A DNA stretch of 64,000 bases. Origin: an uncultured Bacteroidales bacterium (GTDB taxonomy: Bacteria; Bacteroidota; Bacteroidia; Bacteroidales; B18-G4). The notes under the pieces are model-generated. The model ran no database searches and was not told the DNA's origin. It was given only the letters and a program-made list of their open reading frames with translations. Every line of letters starts with the position of its first letter. The stretch's first letter is position 1. This document shows, in pieces, positions 21,393 to 31,512 of this stretch. The stretch is from positions 611,578 through 675,577 of the forward strand of contig CAVWDP010000002.1 in assembly GCA_963753835.1 (NCBI GenBank). Reading direction: 5' to 3'. Made by a program: the position numbers and the translations under genes.

Positions 21393-21586
21393 GATTGAAA
21401 GTTTAAGTTTAAATTTTGTCTGACAAGCATTAAACACTTGTTGGTTTAAATTGTTTAACAAAAAGACAGAAAGATTAAACAAAAAATACATCAAACTTGT
21501 TAAGTAGCTGAAAATGAATAAAATAAATTTGAAAGAATTTCTAAGAATTTTCTTACATTTAACTCATTTATTAAAAAAACTTAGGC

Positions 21587-22051
21587 ATGAACTATAAAAC
21601 AACTCATTTTTTGCCCATATCCTTGGAAGATGCATGGGCTTTTTTTACAGATCCTGCGAACCTTGAAAAGCTCACTCCGGAAAATATGAAATTCAGTATC
21701 ACTTCTGAAATGTTTACGGACAAGATTTATCCCGGGATGATCATCACCTATTCCGTTAGCCCGATATGGAAGATCGCACTCGGGTGGATGACTGAGATCA
21801 CACATGTAATGGATAAGAAGTTCTTCGTCGATGATCAAAAGACAGGACCATTCAAAGTCTGGCACCATCAGCATCATTTCGAGGAGGTCGATGGAGGTGT
21901 ATTGATGACAGACATTATATATTATAAAGTAGGATTTAGTTTCCTGGGACGTATTGCGGAGGTAATTTTTGTAAACAAAAGTGTTAAGAGAATTTTTGAC
22001 TACAGAAAGACAGTGTTAGATGAAATGTTTACTCAGATTTACCATTCGTGA
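21587..22051 (+). CDS. SRPBCC-fold (cyclase/dehydrase-like) ligand-binding protein
   Basis: 154 aa. WAFFTDPANLEKLTP...GPFKVWHHQHHFE pattern typical of this superfamily. Confidence 0.6.
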   Translation: MNYKTTHFLPISLEDAWAFFTDPANLEKLTPENMKFSITSEMFTDKIYPGMIITYSVSPIWKIALGWMTEITHVMDKKFFVDDQKTGPFKVWHHQHHFEEVDGGVLMTDIIYYKVGFSFLGRIAEVIFVNKSVKRIFDYRKTVLDEMFTQIYHS

Positions 22052-22108
22052 AATGTAATCAGCGGGATAACTGTAACAATATTATATTTACACATCACAT
22101 TTCGACTG

Positions 22109-22714
22109 ATGTATAGGAATTCACTTCTACCACTCTTATTATCCATCATTACTATTGGCTTTGCAAGCATATTGGTGGGACAGGAAATCCTTATCGACTT
22201 TGATGGCAATGAGTATAAAACAATTTTAATAGGAGAACGCTTATGGATGGCAGAAAACCTCAGAAGCATCCATGATGCAAATGGGGAAAAGATTAAACGT
22301 GTATGTTACGGCCAAATAAGTGAAAACTGTGATACATCCGGGGGTATGTATGCCTGGGATGATTTAAAAATAGATGAGAAAAATAATGAATTGCAGGGCA
22401 TTTGTCCTGATGAGTGGCATATTCCAACTGACGAAGAGTGGGCCGACTTTATTGAAGGCATTGGAGGAGCCGACAGTGCTGCATATAAGCTAAATAAGGG
22501 CTTGATCAATAATTTCAAAATTCAATATGGGGGGAACTACCATAAACGTTTACGAAACTACAACTACCTGGGTGATATTGCCTATTACTGGACATCAACC
22601 AGCTTCAGCTCTACTGCAGCATTTATCTGGATGATAGGAAAGAAGAATATCAATGCAAACCGGACTTCAATTCCAAAATTATATTGTATTAGTGTGAGGT
22701 GTATTAAGGATTAG
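22109..22714 (+). CDS. FISUMP (Fibrobacter succinogenes major paralogous) domain protein
   Basis: DFDGNEYKTILIGERLWMAENL, WHIPTDEEW, YYWTSTS and a C-terminal CISVRCIKD. Confidence 0.75.
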   Translation: MYRNSLLPLLLSIITIGFASILVGQEILIDFDGNEYKTILIGERLWMAENLRSIHDANGEKIKRVCYGQISENCDTSGGMYAWDDLKIDEKNNELQGICPDEWHIPTDEEWADFIEGIGGADSAAYKLNKGLINNFKIQYGGNYHKRLRNYNYLGDIAYYWTSTSFSSTAAFIWMIGKKNINANRTSIPKLYCISVRCIKD

Positions 22715-22746
22715 ATTTCTTATCTTTATTGGTAAATCTTCTACAA

Positions 22747-23250
22747 ATGAAAAAAACTGCCTTCTTTCTCCTGGTCATTTTCATGATCACATCAGGTGTG
22801 CTTATCCAGTTATCATGCAAGAAAAAATCCGATACAGTTGTCAATCCTATTTATATGCAGGTTGAGCTCCCACGCCATGAATTAAAGCACGATCTGTATT
22901 ATAAGATCCACCTGTCTGAGCGGTCGATTGAACTTTCTTTCAGTGAAACACTGGATGCTGCAACAGTAAATGGGAACATCAGGCTTATGGATCAGTATGG
23001 TGAGCTTTCTGATTATGAGCTGCAGCAATCGGGAAACCAGGTATTGATCATGTTTAATCCTGAGTTTGAATTGAAGCACGGATGGAAATATGATATAGAG
23101 ATTGATCCCGGTTTGAAGTCTGAATCCGGTCTGGCTGTATCACCTGATAAGAGTATTGAGTGCCGTACCGGCATCGACTATGCCATGCAATATACATGCT
23201 GCACAGAATGGAGGCGAGGGAAACCGAAATGCCATCGCCATTATTTCTGA
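22747..23250 (+). CDS. Lipoprotein with an Ig-like (SbsA-type) domain. Possibly the N-terminal part of the next gene.
   Basis: Lipobox IQLSC. Overlaps the next ORF by about 70-95 nt in a different frame. Confidence 0.5.
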   Translation: MKKTAFFLLVIFMITSGVLIQLSCKKKSDTVVNPIYMQVELPRHELKHDLYYKIHLSERSIELSFSETLDAATVNGNIRLMDQYGELSDYELQQSGNQVLIMFNPEFELKHGWKYDIEIDPGLKSESGLAVSPDKSIECRTGIDYAMQYTCCTEWRRGKPKCHRHYF

Positions 23251-24403
23251 TATACATATGGGAGATCCTCGTGCTTATACACACGACTATTGCTGGTTTG
23301 GAAAGAACCAGACAGCCCTGGAAGCATTCCTGGATTATGTACGTGCCGACAGCAGTAAAGTAAAGCAGCTGGTGATACTGGGAGATCTCTTCGATGAATG
23401 GCTGGTACCTTATACTATCTCTCCCTTTGATCCCACCCTTAGCATTAGCAGTACCAGTGATTTCTTTCATGCTGTGGCAGATGCAACGGTCAATAAAAAT
23501 ATATTTGACAAGCTCAGGGAGATTGTTGATCACGACAGTGTAGAGTTGATCTATGTGCCCGGAAACCATGATATGCTGGGTACACAGGATATCCTGAATG
23601 AGATCATTCCAAACATAAGCTGGAAAGGAGGCCCGGCCGGCCTCGGTGAATATTCACCTTTCCCTGAAATGATCTTTGAACATGGCCATCGCTATGATTT
23701 TTTTAATTGTCCGCAACCGCTGGTTAATCCTGATCACAAGCTTCCACCGGGCTACTTTATATCCAGGTTATATGCCAAGGGGATGATGGATGCTAAAACT
23801 GCCGACAAATCCATTGAGCAGACCTCCGGCTCTTTTGAATTTAAAGCTGCCTGGGACATAGCATATCTGTATACCATTGCCCACTTCTGGATGGTTCTGC
23901 CGGATGCTTATGCTAAAAATATCCTGATGGGAGGAATAGATCATTATACCGAACCGATGTCTTTTCACGGAACTAAAGAAATGTATGCCGCGAGTATCGA
24001 AGACTACTGGGCAGCCACACAAGCACAAAACCAGGTTCCGGTGCCTATTGCCTGTTGTTTCCATGCCATATGGAATGGCCATAGTGATCTGTATACTGCC
24101 GCAGAAACACAATATCTGAAACAACCCCCTTCTCCTAAGGCATATAAGATCGTTGCCTTTGGTCATACCCATGAGGCCATGCTAGAGGTATATCCAAAAG
24201 GAAGCGGCTATACCAGTATTTATGCAAATTCCGGTACATGGATCGATGCCGACCAGACAAAAAATGATGTACGCACATATTTGATGATCACTCCCAAAGC
24301 ATGGACCGGCTCCGAAATCGATGTGGTAGGTTTGTATCAGTACAATAAGGATACCGACAATGTTTATCGTCATCACAAACTAGACGAGGAGTCGATTAAA
24401 TAA
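23180..24403 (+). CDS. Calcineurin-like metallophosphoesterase
   Basis: Motifs ISDIHMGD, GDLFDEW, VPGNHD and GHTHE. The start is uncertain (ATG 23180 or a fusion with 22747-23250 through a frameshift near 23196-23212). Confidence 0.7.
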   Translation: MPCNIHAAQNGGEGNRNAIAIISDIHMGDPRAYTHDYCWFGKNQTALEAFLDYVRADSSKVKQLVILGDLFDEWLVPYTISPFDPTLSISSTSDFFHAVADATVNKNIFDKLREIVDHDSVELIYVPGNHDMLGTQDILNEIIPNISWKGGPAGLGEYSPFPEMIFEHGHRYDFFNCPQPLVNPDHKLPPGYFISRLYAKGMMDAKTADKSIEQTSGSFEFKAAWDIAYLYTIAHFWMVLPDAYAKNILMGGIDHYTEPMSFHGTKEMYAASIEDYWAATQAQNQVPVPIACCFHAIWNGHSDLYTAAETQYLKQPPSPKAYKIVAFGHTHEAMLEVYPKGSGYTSIYANSGTWIDADQTKNDVRTYLMITPKAWTGSEIDVVGLYQYNKDTDNVYRHHKLDEESIK

Positions 24404-24444
24404 TATATGTGCTATTTTTACGACGGATTTAATAATTAGGCTGA

Positions 24445-25881
24445 ATGCTTTTTAACTCCCTCGAATTTGCCATTTTCCTGCCACTGGTATTTTTGCTTTA
24501 CTGGTTTGTCTTCAATCGCAGGCTGCAATTGCAAAATGCCTTTTTGGTTCTTGCGAGTTATTTCTTTTATGGCTGGTGGGATTGGCGCTTTCTGTTCTTG
24601 ATCTTCTTTAGCTCACTGGTAGACTATACAGTGGGACTGGGATTGAGAAAAGAACAGCGGAAAAGGACCAGAAAGCTGCTGCTGGCAGTCAGTGTATTTG
24701 TGAACATTGGCTTCCTCGGATTCTTTAAATATTACAATTTCTTCCTGGATAGTTTTGTGGACGCATTCACTTTCCTTGGACATCCGATAAACCCGGGAAT
24801 GCTGTATATCTTGTTGCCTGTCGGGATCAGCTTTTATACCTTCCAGACGCTGAGTTATACCATTGATGTGTATCGGAAGAAACTCGAGCCAACCGAGGAT
24901 GCTATTGCTTTTTTTGCTTTTGTCAGCTTCTTTCCCCAGCTGGTTGCAGGGCCGATTGAAAGGGCTACAAATCTATTGCCCCAATTTCTGCATAAGCGTG
25001 TTTTTGATCAGGCCAAAGCAATTGATGGCATGCGACAGATCTTGTGGGGATTGTTCAAGAAGATCGTTATTGCTGATAATTGTGCGGTTTTTGTAAATGA
25101 TATTTTTTCCAATTACCAGGATCAGTCTGCCAGTACCTTGTTTATGGGTGCATTCCTCTTTGCTCTGCAGATCTACGGTGATTTCTCAGGATATTCTGAT
25201 ATTGCGATAGGGACAGCAAGGCTTTTCGGATTTAATCTGATGCGAAACTTCGCGTTTCCATATTTCGCCCGCGATATAGCCGAATTCTGGAGAAGGTGGC
25301 ATATCTCCCTGACCTCCTGGTTCCGCGATTACCTGTATATCCCCCTTGGAGGAAGTCGTGTGGGTAAGTCTAAGGTGATAAGAAATATATTCATCATCTT
25401 TATTGTGAGTGGCTTCTGGCATGGTGCCAGCTGGACATTTATTATCTGGGGAATATTGCATGCTTTGTATTTTCTCCCATTGATATTATTGCATCGCAAC
25501 CGCAAGAATCTTGATGTCGTGGCCAGGGGCCATTTTCTCCCTGGACTCAGGGAACTGTTATCCATGCTGATCACATTTTTGCTTGTGGTCTTTGCATGGA
25601 TATTTTTTAGGGCTGAAACAGTAGCACAGGCCTTTGAATATGTGGCAGGGCTTTTTAATACTTCTCTCTTCACGCATCCTGAAGTTTTTCCGCTTGAAAC
25701 CCTGATCCTGATCCTGATCATGTTTATTGCAGAATGGCTTCAAAGGGACAAACAACATGCACTGGAATTTAACAGGGTGAATATCCCAGCCTGGGGACGA
25801 TGGCTGATATATTATGCAGTAGTGTTTTGCATTATATGGTTTAGCGGAGAGCAACAGGAGTTTATATATTTCCAATTCTAG
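24445..25881 (+). CDS. MBOAT-family membrane O-acyltransferase (AlgI/DltB-like)
   Basis: 478 aa polytopic protein. FWRRWHISL...RDYLYIPLGG...SGFWHG contains the conserved His region. Confidence 0.9.
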   Translation: MLFNSLEFAIFLPLVFLLYWFVFNRRLQLQNAFLVLASYFFYGWWDWRFLFLIFFSSLVDYTVGLGLRKEQRKRTRKLLLAVSVFVNIGFLGFFKYYNFFLDSFVDAFTFLGHPINPGMLYILLPVGISFYTFQTLSYTIDVYRKKLEPTEDAIAFFAFVSFFPQLVAGPIERATNLLPQFLHKRVFDQAKAIDGMRQILWGLFKKIVIADNCAVFVNDIFSNYQDQSASTLFMGAFLFALQIYGDFSGYSDIAIGTARLFGFNLMRNFAFPYFARDIAEFWRRWHISLTSWFRDYLYIPLGGSRVGKSKVIRNIFIIFIVSGFWHGASWTFIIWGILHALYFLPLILLHRNRKNLDVVARGHFLPGLRELLSMLITFLLVVFAWIFFRAETVAQAFEYVAGLFNTSLFTHPEVFPLETLILILIMFIAEWLQRDKQHALEFNRVNIPAWGRWLIYYAVVFCIIWFSGEQQEFIYFQF

Positions 25882-25883
25882 CA

Positions 25884-26808
25884 ATGAGAGGTTTTTTATA
25901 TAAAATATTAAAGTTTTTTCTGGTACTGATTGTCGTACTTTCAGGGATCTTGACTATTACATTCATGTTGAGCTACAAGAATGCTGGTAGTCTTATCCTG
26001 GATAAGGATATACATACGCTCATTTGTGGAGATTCACACACTAAGACTGCATTAAACGATAGTATCATTCCAAATTCATTAAACATTGCACACTCCTCAG
26101 AGCATTATTTGTATACATATAATGTTTTGAGGGTACTTCTTGAAAATAATCCACAAATTTCAACAGTGATCCTGGGATTATCCTATCATAATATGTCTGC
26201 ATTTTATGATGATAATATTTTCGATGAAGACCGGACCCAATATATGTATCCGCGCTATTTCACAATTCTCGACAAGGAGTCGATGAAGATGATCCTGACG
26301 AATAATTTCCAGGGTGTGCTTGGGGACTTTAAAAACATATATCATGGGCTGTATCGGCACATTGATGCAAAAGAGCTTGAGGATTACAGTTTCATAGGAT
26401 GGTTTTACCGAAGTGAAAGAATGAATAAGAATGACAGCACCGTTGGCAGGGCAATTCAAGATCATTACTATCAAGCTGATGGCTCATTGCAGTCATTCTC
26501 TGCTCTTCAGCTCGTTTACCTGAAAGAGATCATTGAACTGTGCCACTCAAAGAATCTGGATTTGATACTTATAAACTGTCCGCTAAGCGAAGAATACCTG
26601 GCAGGAGTACCACAGCAATTCATTGACAATTACAATGGACTGATGAAAGATTACGGGCAGATATATGCTTGATTGCCATAATTACGAAGTTCCCGAAAAT
26701 TGCTGGGGTGACGGTGATCACCTGAATATCAAGGGATCAAAAATATTCAGTACCCACCTGGCAAATCAATGGGTGACTAATCGAAGATATTTCTTGCTCC
26801 GCTATTAG
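25884..26808 (+). pseudogene. Membrane-anchored SGNH/GDSL-like partner of the MBOAT gene, frameshift near 26660
   Basis: N-terminal TM, then LICGDSHT (block I GDS). After the stop at 26672 the +1 frame continues as LDCHNYEVPENCWGDGDHLNIKGSKIFSTHLANQW, which carries a DxxH-type block V. Confidence 0.6.
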
Positions 26809-26953
26809 CGGAGCTTATTATCAGCCCATCTTTTTTGCAGATAGGGCACTCAGTGTTCTTCTGGGTGGAAATGTAACCGCAACGGTCACATTTAAAGTAC
26901 CGGAAGTACTGAGTCCTCTTGGAGGTGTTCGGTATTTTAAGCCCGAGTTTCAT
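26777..26953 (-). CDS. Small zinc-ribbon protein (58 aa)
   Basis: CDRC...CPIC four-Cys ribbon. Its own minus-strand -7 box TAATTTTG lies at 26978-26985. Confidence 0.45.
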   Translation of the reverse strand: MKLGLKIPNTSKRTQYFRYFKCDRCGYISTQKNTECPICKKDGLIISSANSGARNIFD

Positions 26954-27140
26954 TTTACTGTGTTCTTTTGGGTTTGACAAAATTACCTATTTGCAATCCC
27001 CGTGCCATGATGTATAACACTCACTTATACAGCAGATTACAACAAATGTTCATGCGGCTTAAATAGACTATGAGCCGTTTCCGTAATGGATTAAGTCAAA
27101 AAAGAATATCCGAAATCGGAGAAAGGTGGTTCCGGTTAGG

Positions 27141-27511
27141 TTAGATTATTTCGATGGGATATACAAGTACAGACTTGGAACGTGTATTGCTCTCCCCGGT
27201 ATAGGTATCCGTGGCTTTAGTATAACCAGGAAAGTCGGTCTTCGCCGGTATTATTGTGATAGGTAAATGTGGGGCTATGCTCACTGGAGGTAGACCCATT
27301 ATGGAAGGTCCACTCAAATTTATCGCTATACTGGGAAGTATTATGAAAGGTGACCATAACAGGGGCCGGGCCATCATTGCCGGTAAAATAAAAACTGGCA
27401 ACCGGAAGTGTCAATGTGCCAACATTCTTCTGATCTGCCTCATCAGCTTTGGTGCAGGCATCCTGGACCATAATGATGACATGCCTAAAAGAAGATAAAG
27501 TTGTTCTTCAT
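27141..27511 (-). pseudogene. Small PKD-domain lipoprotein, two frameshifts
   Basis: MKNNFIFF then a stop at a T-run. Continues as ...IIMVQDAC TKADE...FYFTGNDGPAPVMVTFHNTSQYSDKFEWTFHNGSTSSEHSPTFTYHN (PKD), then shifts again to ...PGYTKATDTYTGESNTRSKSVLVYPIEII. Confidence 0.6.
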
Positions 27512-27699
27512 GAGAATCAGGGGTTTCAAATGCAAAAATAAATAAAATCAAGCGGATTTAGGAATTGAATCAGTTTAAGGCATGTTTTTTTCAGTTATCG
27601 GATTCATATTTTGAAGGAAAATCGTTTCTTTGTTTTTGATTTCCTTATCCATACTATTTTAAATGAAATAGCGTTTATGGATAAACCTTTTCTGATTGC

Positions 27700-28764
27700 A
27701 TGAAACGAGTCACTGCTGATCATTATTATACTACTTACTTCCCTGGGATCTATGCCCAGGCTCCTAAGTACAGCAACGAGTTTCTTGCAGTGGGTGTGGG
27801 TGCCCGCTCGCTTGGGATGGCCAATGCCCAAACGGGTATTACCAATGATGTGACTTCCGCTTACTGGAACCCTGCAGGATTGGTAAACCAGAGTATCTGA
27901 TATGCAGATCGGCCTGATGCACAACGAATATTTTGCAGGGATTGCCAAATATGACTATGCCGGTTTTTCGATGAAGCTGGATACAGCTTCTGCCATCGGG
28001 ATCTCTGTAATCAGAATGGGAATCGATGACATCCCCAACACCATCAACCTTTACGATAACCAGGGGAATATTAACTACAACAGGATCACCAGGTTCTCTG
28101 CGGCCGATTATGCCATGATGTTCACCTATGCCAGGAAAAGCAAGGTTAAAGGCTTAAGCTACGGTGGGAATGTGAAGATAATTTACCGACAGATCGGAAG
28201 CTTTGCAAAAGCATATGGTTTTGGCCTGGATGCCGGAATCCAATACAGGACAGGTAAGTGGCGCTTCGGCGCTATGGCGATGGATATTACCAGCACTTTT
28301 AATGCCTGGACATTTGAAGTTTCGGAAGATATGCAGGATGTATTTGCGGCTACGGGCAATGATATACCTGAAAACTCATTGGAAGTTACTTTACCACGAT
28401 TGAACCTGGGTGCCGGGCGACATTTCAGGTTATCAGACAACTTTTCTGCATTGCTTGCCCTCGATCTCGATATGACCTTTGATGGGAAGAGAAATACACT
28501 CATTAAATCAAATGTTGTCAGTATCGATCCCAAGCTGGGAGTTGAATTTGGCTTTAAAGACATCGTATATATCCGGGGTGGGATCAGAAATATTCAGGAA
28601 GAAACCGATTTTGGGGAAAGAAAAACTATACAATTGAACCCAATTTCGGAGTAGGGGTAAGGATCAAGAAGATGATCTCCATCGACTACGCCCTCACCAA
28701 TATCGGTGACTCATATTTCTATTCCAATGTTTTCTCACTTCGCATCGACCTGAACCGTAAATAG
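27700..28764 (+). pseudogene. PorV/PorQ-family T9SS outer-membrane protein, at least two frameshifts
   Basis: GARSLGMANAQTGITNDVTSAYWNPAGL is a PorV/PorQ-like N-terminal motif. Frame changes lie near 27895 and in the gaaagaaaaac run (28613-28626). The C-terminal strand SNVFSLRIDLNRK is in the original frame. Confidence 0.7.
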
Positions 28765-28776
28765 GCCTTTCTTTAT

Positions 28777-28784
28777 TATCTTTG
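28777..28784 (+). promoter_or_regulatory. -7 box TATCTTTG upstream of deoC
   Basis: TAnnTTTG 22 nt upstream of the ATG at 28807. Confidence 0.45.
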
Positions 28785-28806
28785 AAGAGATTAATCCAGT
28801 TTTCAT

Positions 28807-29646
28807 ATGAATGAATTCAAGCCATACCCATATTCTTCCGGGGATATTAGCGAGCGCATAGATAATATCCTAAAGCAAGGTCTGTCAGAAGAAGAACGAA
28901 AAAAGGCACTGTTTTTAATTTTAAGTGCTATTGACCTGACTACACTTGAAGCTACTGATACTGATGCGAAGGTGACTGCTCTTTGTGAACAGGCAGCCGG
29001 CTTTTCCAGCAGAAAAAAAGGAGTGCCTGATGTGGCAGCGGTTTGTGTATATCCACCTTTTGCGTCCCTGGTAAGAAATTTATTGAAAGAGACAGCTATC
29101 AAAACCGCCTGTGTGGCTACCGCTTTTCCTTCAGGACAAACCACCCTGGCGGTTAAACTAATGGAGGTTTCATCAGTGGTTCTGGAGGGGGCTGAAGAAG
29201 TGGATATGGTAATCAGCCGGGGGAAGTTCCTGGAAGGCAAATTCGAAGAAGTGGCTCAGGAAATTGTACTCGTCAAAGCCTCCTGTGGAGAGGCTCACTT
29301 AAAGGTCATACTCGAAACCGGTGAACTCATATCAGTTGAAAATATCAGGAAAGCCAGCGAGCTGGCCTTGATGGCAGGGGCTGATTTTCTGAAGACTTCT
29401 ACTGGAAAAATTCAACCTGCTGCAACACCGGAAGCTTTTCTCATCATGCTGGATACCATCCATGAGTATTATCAACTTACTGGCGAAAAAATAGGCATAA
29501 AAGCTGCAGGAGGCATAGCCGATGCTGAAACTGCATTACAATACTATATGTTGATAAAAGAGGTGTTGGGGAACGACTGGCTTAACAAGAACCTGTTTCG
29601 TATAGGTGCAAGCCGCCTTGCAGAAAATGTTTTCAGTGAACTATAG
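28807..29646 (+). CDS. deoC: Deoxyribose-phosphate aldolase
   Basis: 279 aa. DLTTLEATDT, VCVYP, EVDMVI and the Schiff-base region DFLKTSTGK. Confidence 0.85.
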   Translation: MNEFKPYPYSSGDISERIDNILKQGLSEEERKKALFLILSAIDLTTLEATDTDAKVTALCEQAAGFSSRKKGVPDVAAVCVYPPFASLVRNLLKETAIKTACVATAFPSGQTTLAVKLMEVSSVVLEGAEEVDMVISRGKFLEGKFEEVAQEIVLVKASCGEAHLKVILETGELISVENIRKASELALMAGADFLKTSTGKIQPAATPEAFLIMLDTIHEYYQLTGEKIGIKAAGGIADAETALQYYMLIKEVLGNDWLNKNLFRIGASRLAENVFSEL

Positions 29647-29697
29647 AAGCCTTAAGCTTGTTGTATGTATTCATAGATAAAACCATAATCTTCTGGC

Positions 29698-30490
29698 ATG
29701 AGAAAATTTACATATATCATATTGCTTCTTTTTACTTTCCATGTTTCCTTTGGACAAACAAGCCTGGATACAGCCCTTAACTTTTCGGTCAAGGATATCC
29801 ATGGGGTCAACATTGAGCTATTTCCTATCCTTGATGAAGGTAAATTGGTGGTGATCGACTTTTTTTCTACAACCTGCGGCCCATGTGCATTATATGCCCC
29901 TGAGGTGCAGGCATCTTACGAAGATTTTGGGGAAAATAACGGGAATGTTTTCTTTCTAAACATTGATCAGGGTGATGACAATGAAGGGGTGGCATTTTTT
30001 GATTCTATTCATGGAATTACAAGCCCTTCTGTCAGCGGCAGCCAGGGCGGAGGCTACCCGGTTCATGAATTGTTTATGATCCAGTCTACACCTACAGTCA
30101 TCCTCATCGCTCCTGACCGGAGCATTCTGGAACAATATATCTGGAAACCTACACAATCAAACCTGAATGCTGCCATCCTCGCAGCCGGTGGCATTATGGT
30201 TGGCATTGATGATGAGCCTGTCTTACATAAAAACAGCTTGCTTATATACCCAAACCCGGCCACAGGCCGAATTAATGTTCAGCTGGAGGTGATAGGCGCC
30301 TTCGCAATACCACCTTGAGGTTTATAACCTTCTTGGTTCAAGGGTTTTTGAGTCTGCACAACAGCAGCTCACGGCTGGTATACAGGAGCTTCATGCTGAT
30401 CTTAATAGCCTGCCTGGAGGAACGTATTTCGTAAGGCTTTTCAGGAATGGGAAGCATGAAAACCTCAGCAGGCTGATTTTACTCGATTAA
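29698..30490 (+). pseudogene. Thioredoxin-fold (TlpA/redoxin-like, CGPC) protein with T9SS C-terminal domain, frameshift at 30296-30316
   Basis: Signal peptide, FFSTTCGPCALYAP, then the CTD start LLIYPNPATGRINVQLEV. The rest of the CTD (LEVYNLLGSRVFES...LPGGTYFVRLFRNGKHENLSRLILLD) is in another frame. Confidence 0.7.
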
Positions 30491-30527
30491 CCTTTTATCA
30501 AAGTCGATTTTCCCGTAACTTTATGGT

Positions 30528-31040
30528 ATGAAAACTAAATTTATTCTACAAATCCCTGGCAGCCTTTTGCTGGATATTATTGCAGTATTGTTTATTGTCT
30601 ATTTGGGTGATATTTCACGGATTATTGGTTATCCGGTATATGTACTCGACCCTATGCGCATGATGCTGATCCTGGCATTTGCATTCACTGCCCGTTGGAA
30701 TTCCTGGGTGCTGGCTTTGCTGTTGCCTTTCGTATCCTATTCCTTTGGCTATCATCCAAGCATTACAAAAACAAGCCTGATGGCAGCTGAACTGCTGCTG
30801 AACGTCTGGTTATTCTGGTTTCTTCTTGATAAGACAAAAATGTCATTGCTTTCTATACTCATTAGTATCGTTTTCAGCAAAGCGGTATACTATTTGTTGA
30901 AATACCTATGTATACAATTTGGATGGCTCAGTGGAGACCTGGTAGCTACACCACTTGATATACAGGTGATCACCACTGTTGCTTTCAGTGTATTTGTGTT
31001 CCTGAGCTTCATGATCATTGGTAAACCTAAACGACAATAA
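30528..31040 (+). CDS. Hypothetical polytopic membrane protein
   Basis: 170 aa with about five hydrophobic segments. No family recognised. Confidence 0.5.
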   Translation: MKTKFILQIPGSLLLDIIAVLFIVYLGDISRIIGYPVYVLDPMRMMLILAFAFTARWNSWVLALLLPFVSYSFGYHPSITKTSLMAAELLLNVWLFWFLLDKTKMSLLSILISIVFSKAVYYLLKYLCIQFGWLSGDLVATPLDIQVITTVAFSVFVFLSFMIIGKPKRQ

Positions 31041-31044
31041 AGTC

Positions 31045-31464
31045 ATGTTAAGAAATAATAAAATATCAGTTTTTGTTCTCCTGTTATCTTTCTTCATATT
31101 GGGGGGCTGTGATACGGCAGATGATAATAATCCTTCTCCGGTGCCGGATGCAAGAGATAAATTTGTTGGTAACTGGAAAGTGAATGAAAGCTGTAGTAAG
31201 ATCACGTACTTTACATCCATCAGCAAAGATCCATCAAATTCGGTACAGGTTCTGATAGATAATTTTGGGGATGCTTCAGCCAATGAACCCGATACTGCTA
31301 TTATCACGGCAAGTACGATCCATTTGTATAAGCAAATCAATAGTGAAGGATGGATGATAGAAGGAAGCGGAAAGTACAACAGTGATGAAACCATCGACTG
31401 GACCTATACATTAACTATCTCAGGCACCCAGGATAATTGCAGCAGTACATACACTAAAAACTAA
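31045..31464 (+). CDS. Hypothetical lipoprotein
   Basis: MLRNNKISVFVLLLSFFILGGC lipobox. No family recognised. Confidence 0.5.
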   Translation: MLRNNKISVFVLLLSFFILGGCDTADDNNPSPVPDARDKFVGNWKVNESCSKITYFTSISKDPSNSVQVLIDNFGDASANEPDTAIITASTIHLYKQINSEGWMIEGSGKYNSDETIDWTYTLTISGTQDNCSSTYTKN

Positions 31465-31512
31465 GAAATCATTAAATACCCAGCACCCAGCACCCTGAAC
31501 CTTGAACCTTTT

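Noticed and set aside
21393-21494. 34-codon upstream extension of the giant gene
   Set aside because: The ATG at 21392 is followed directly by a standard signal peptide. The extension is AT-rich promoter DNA.
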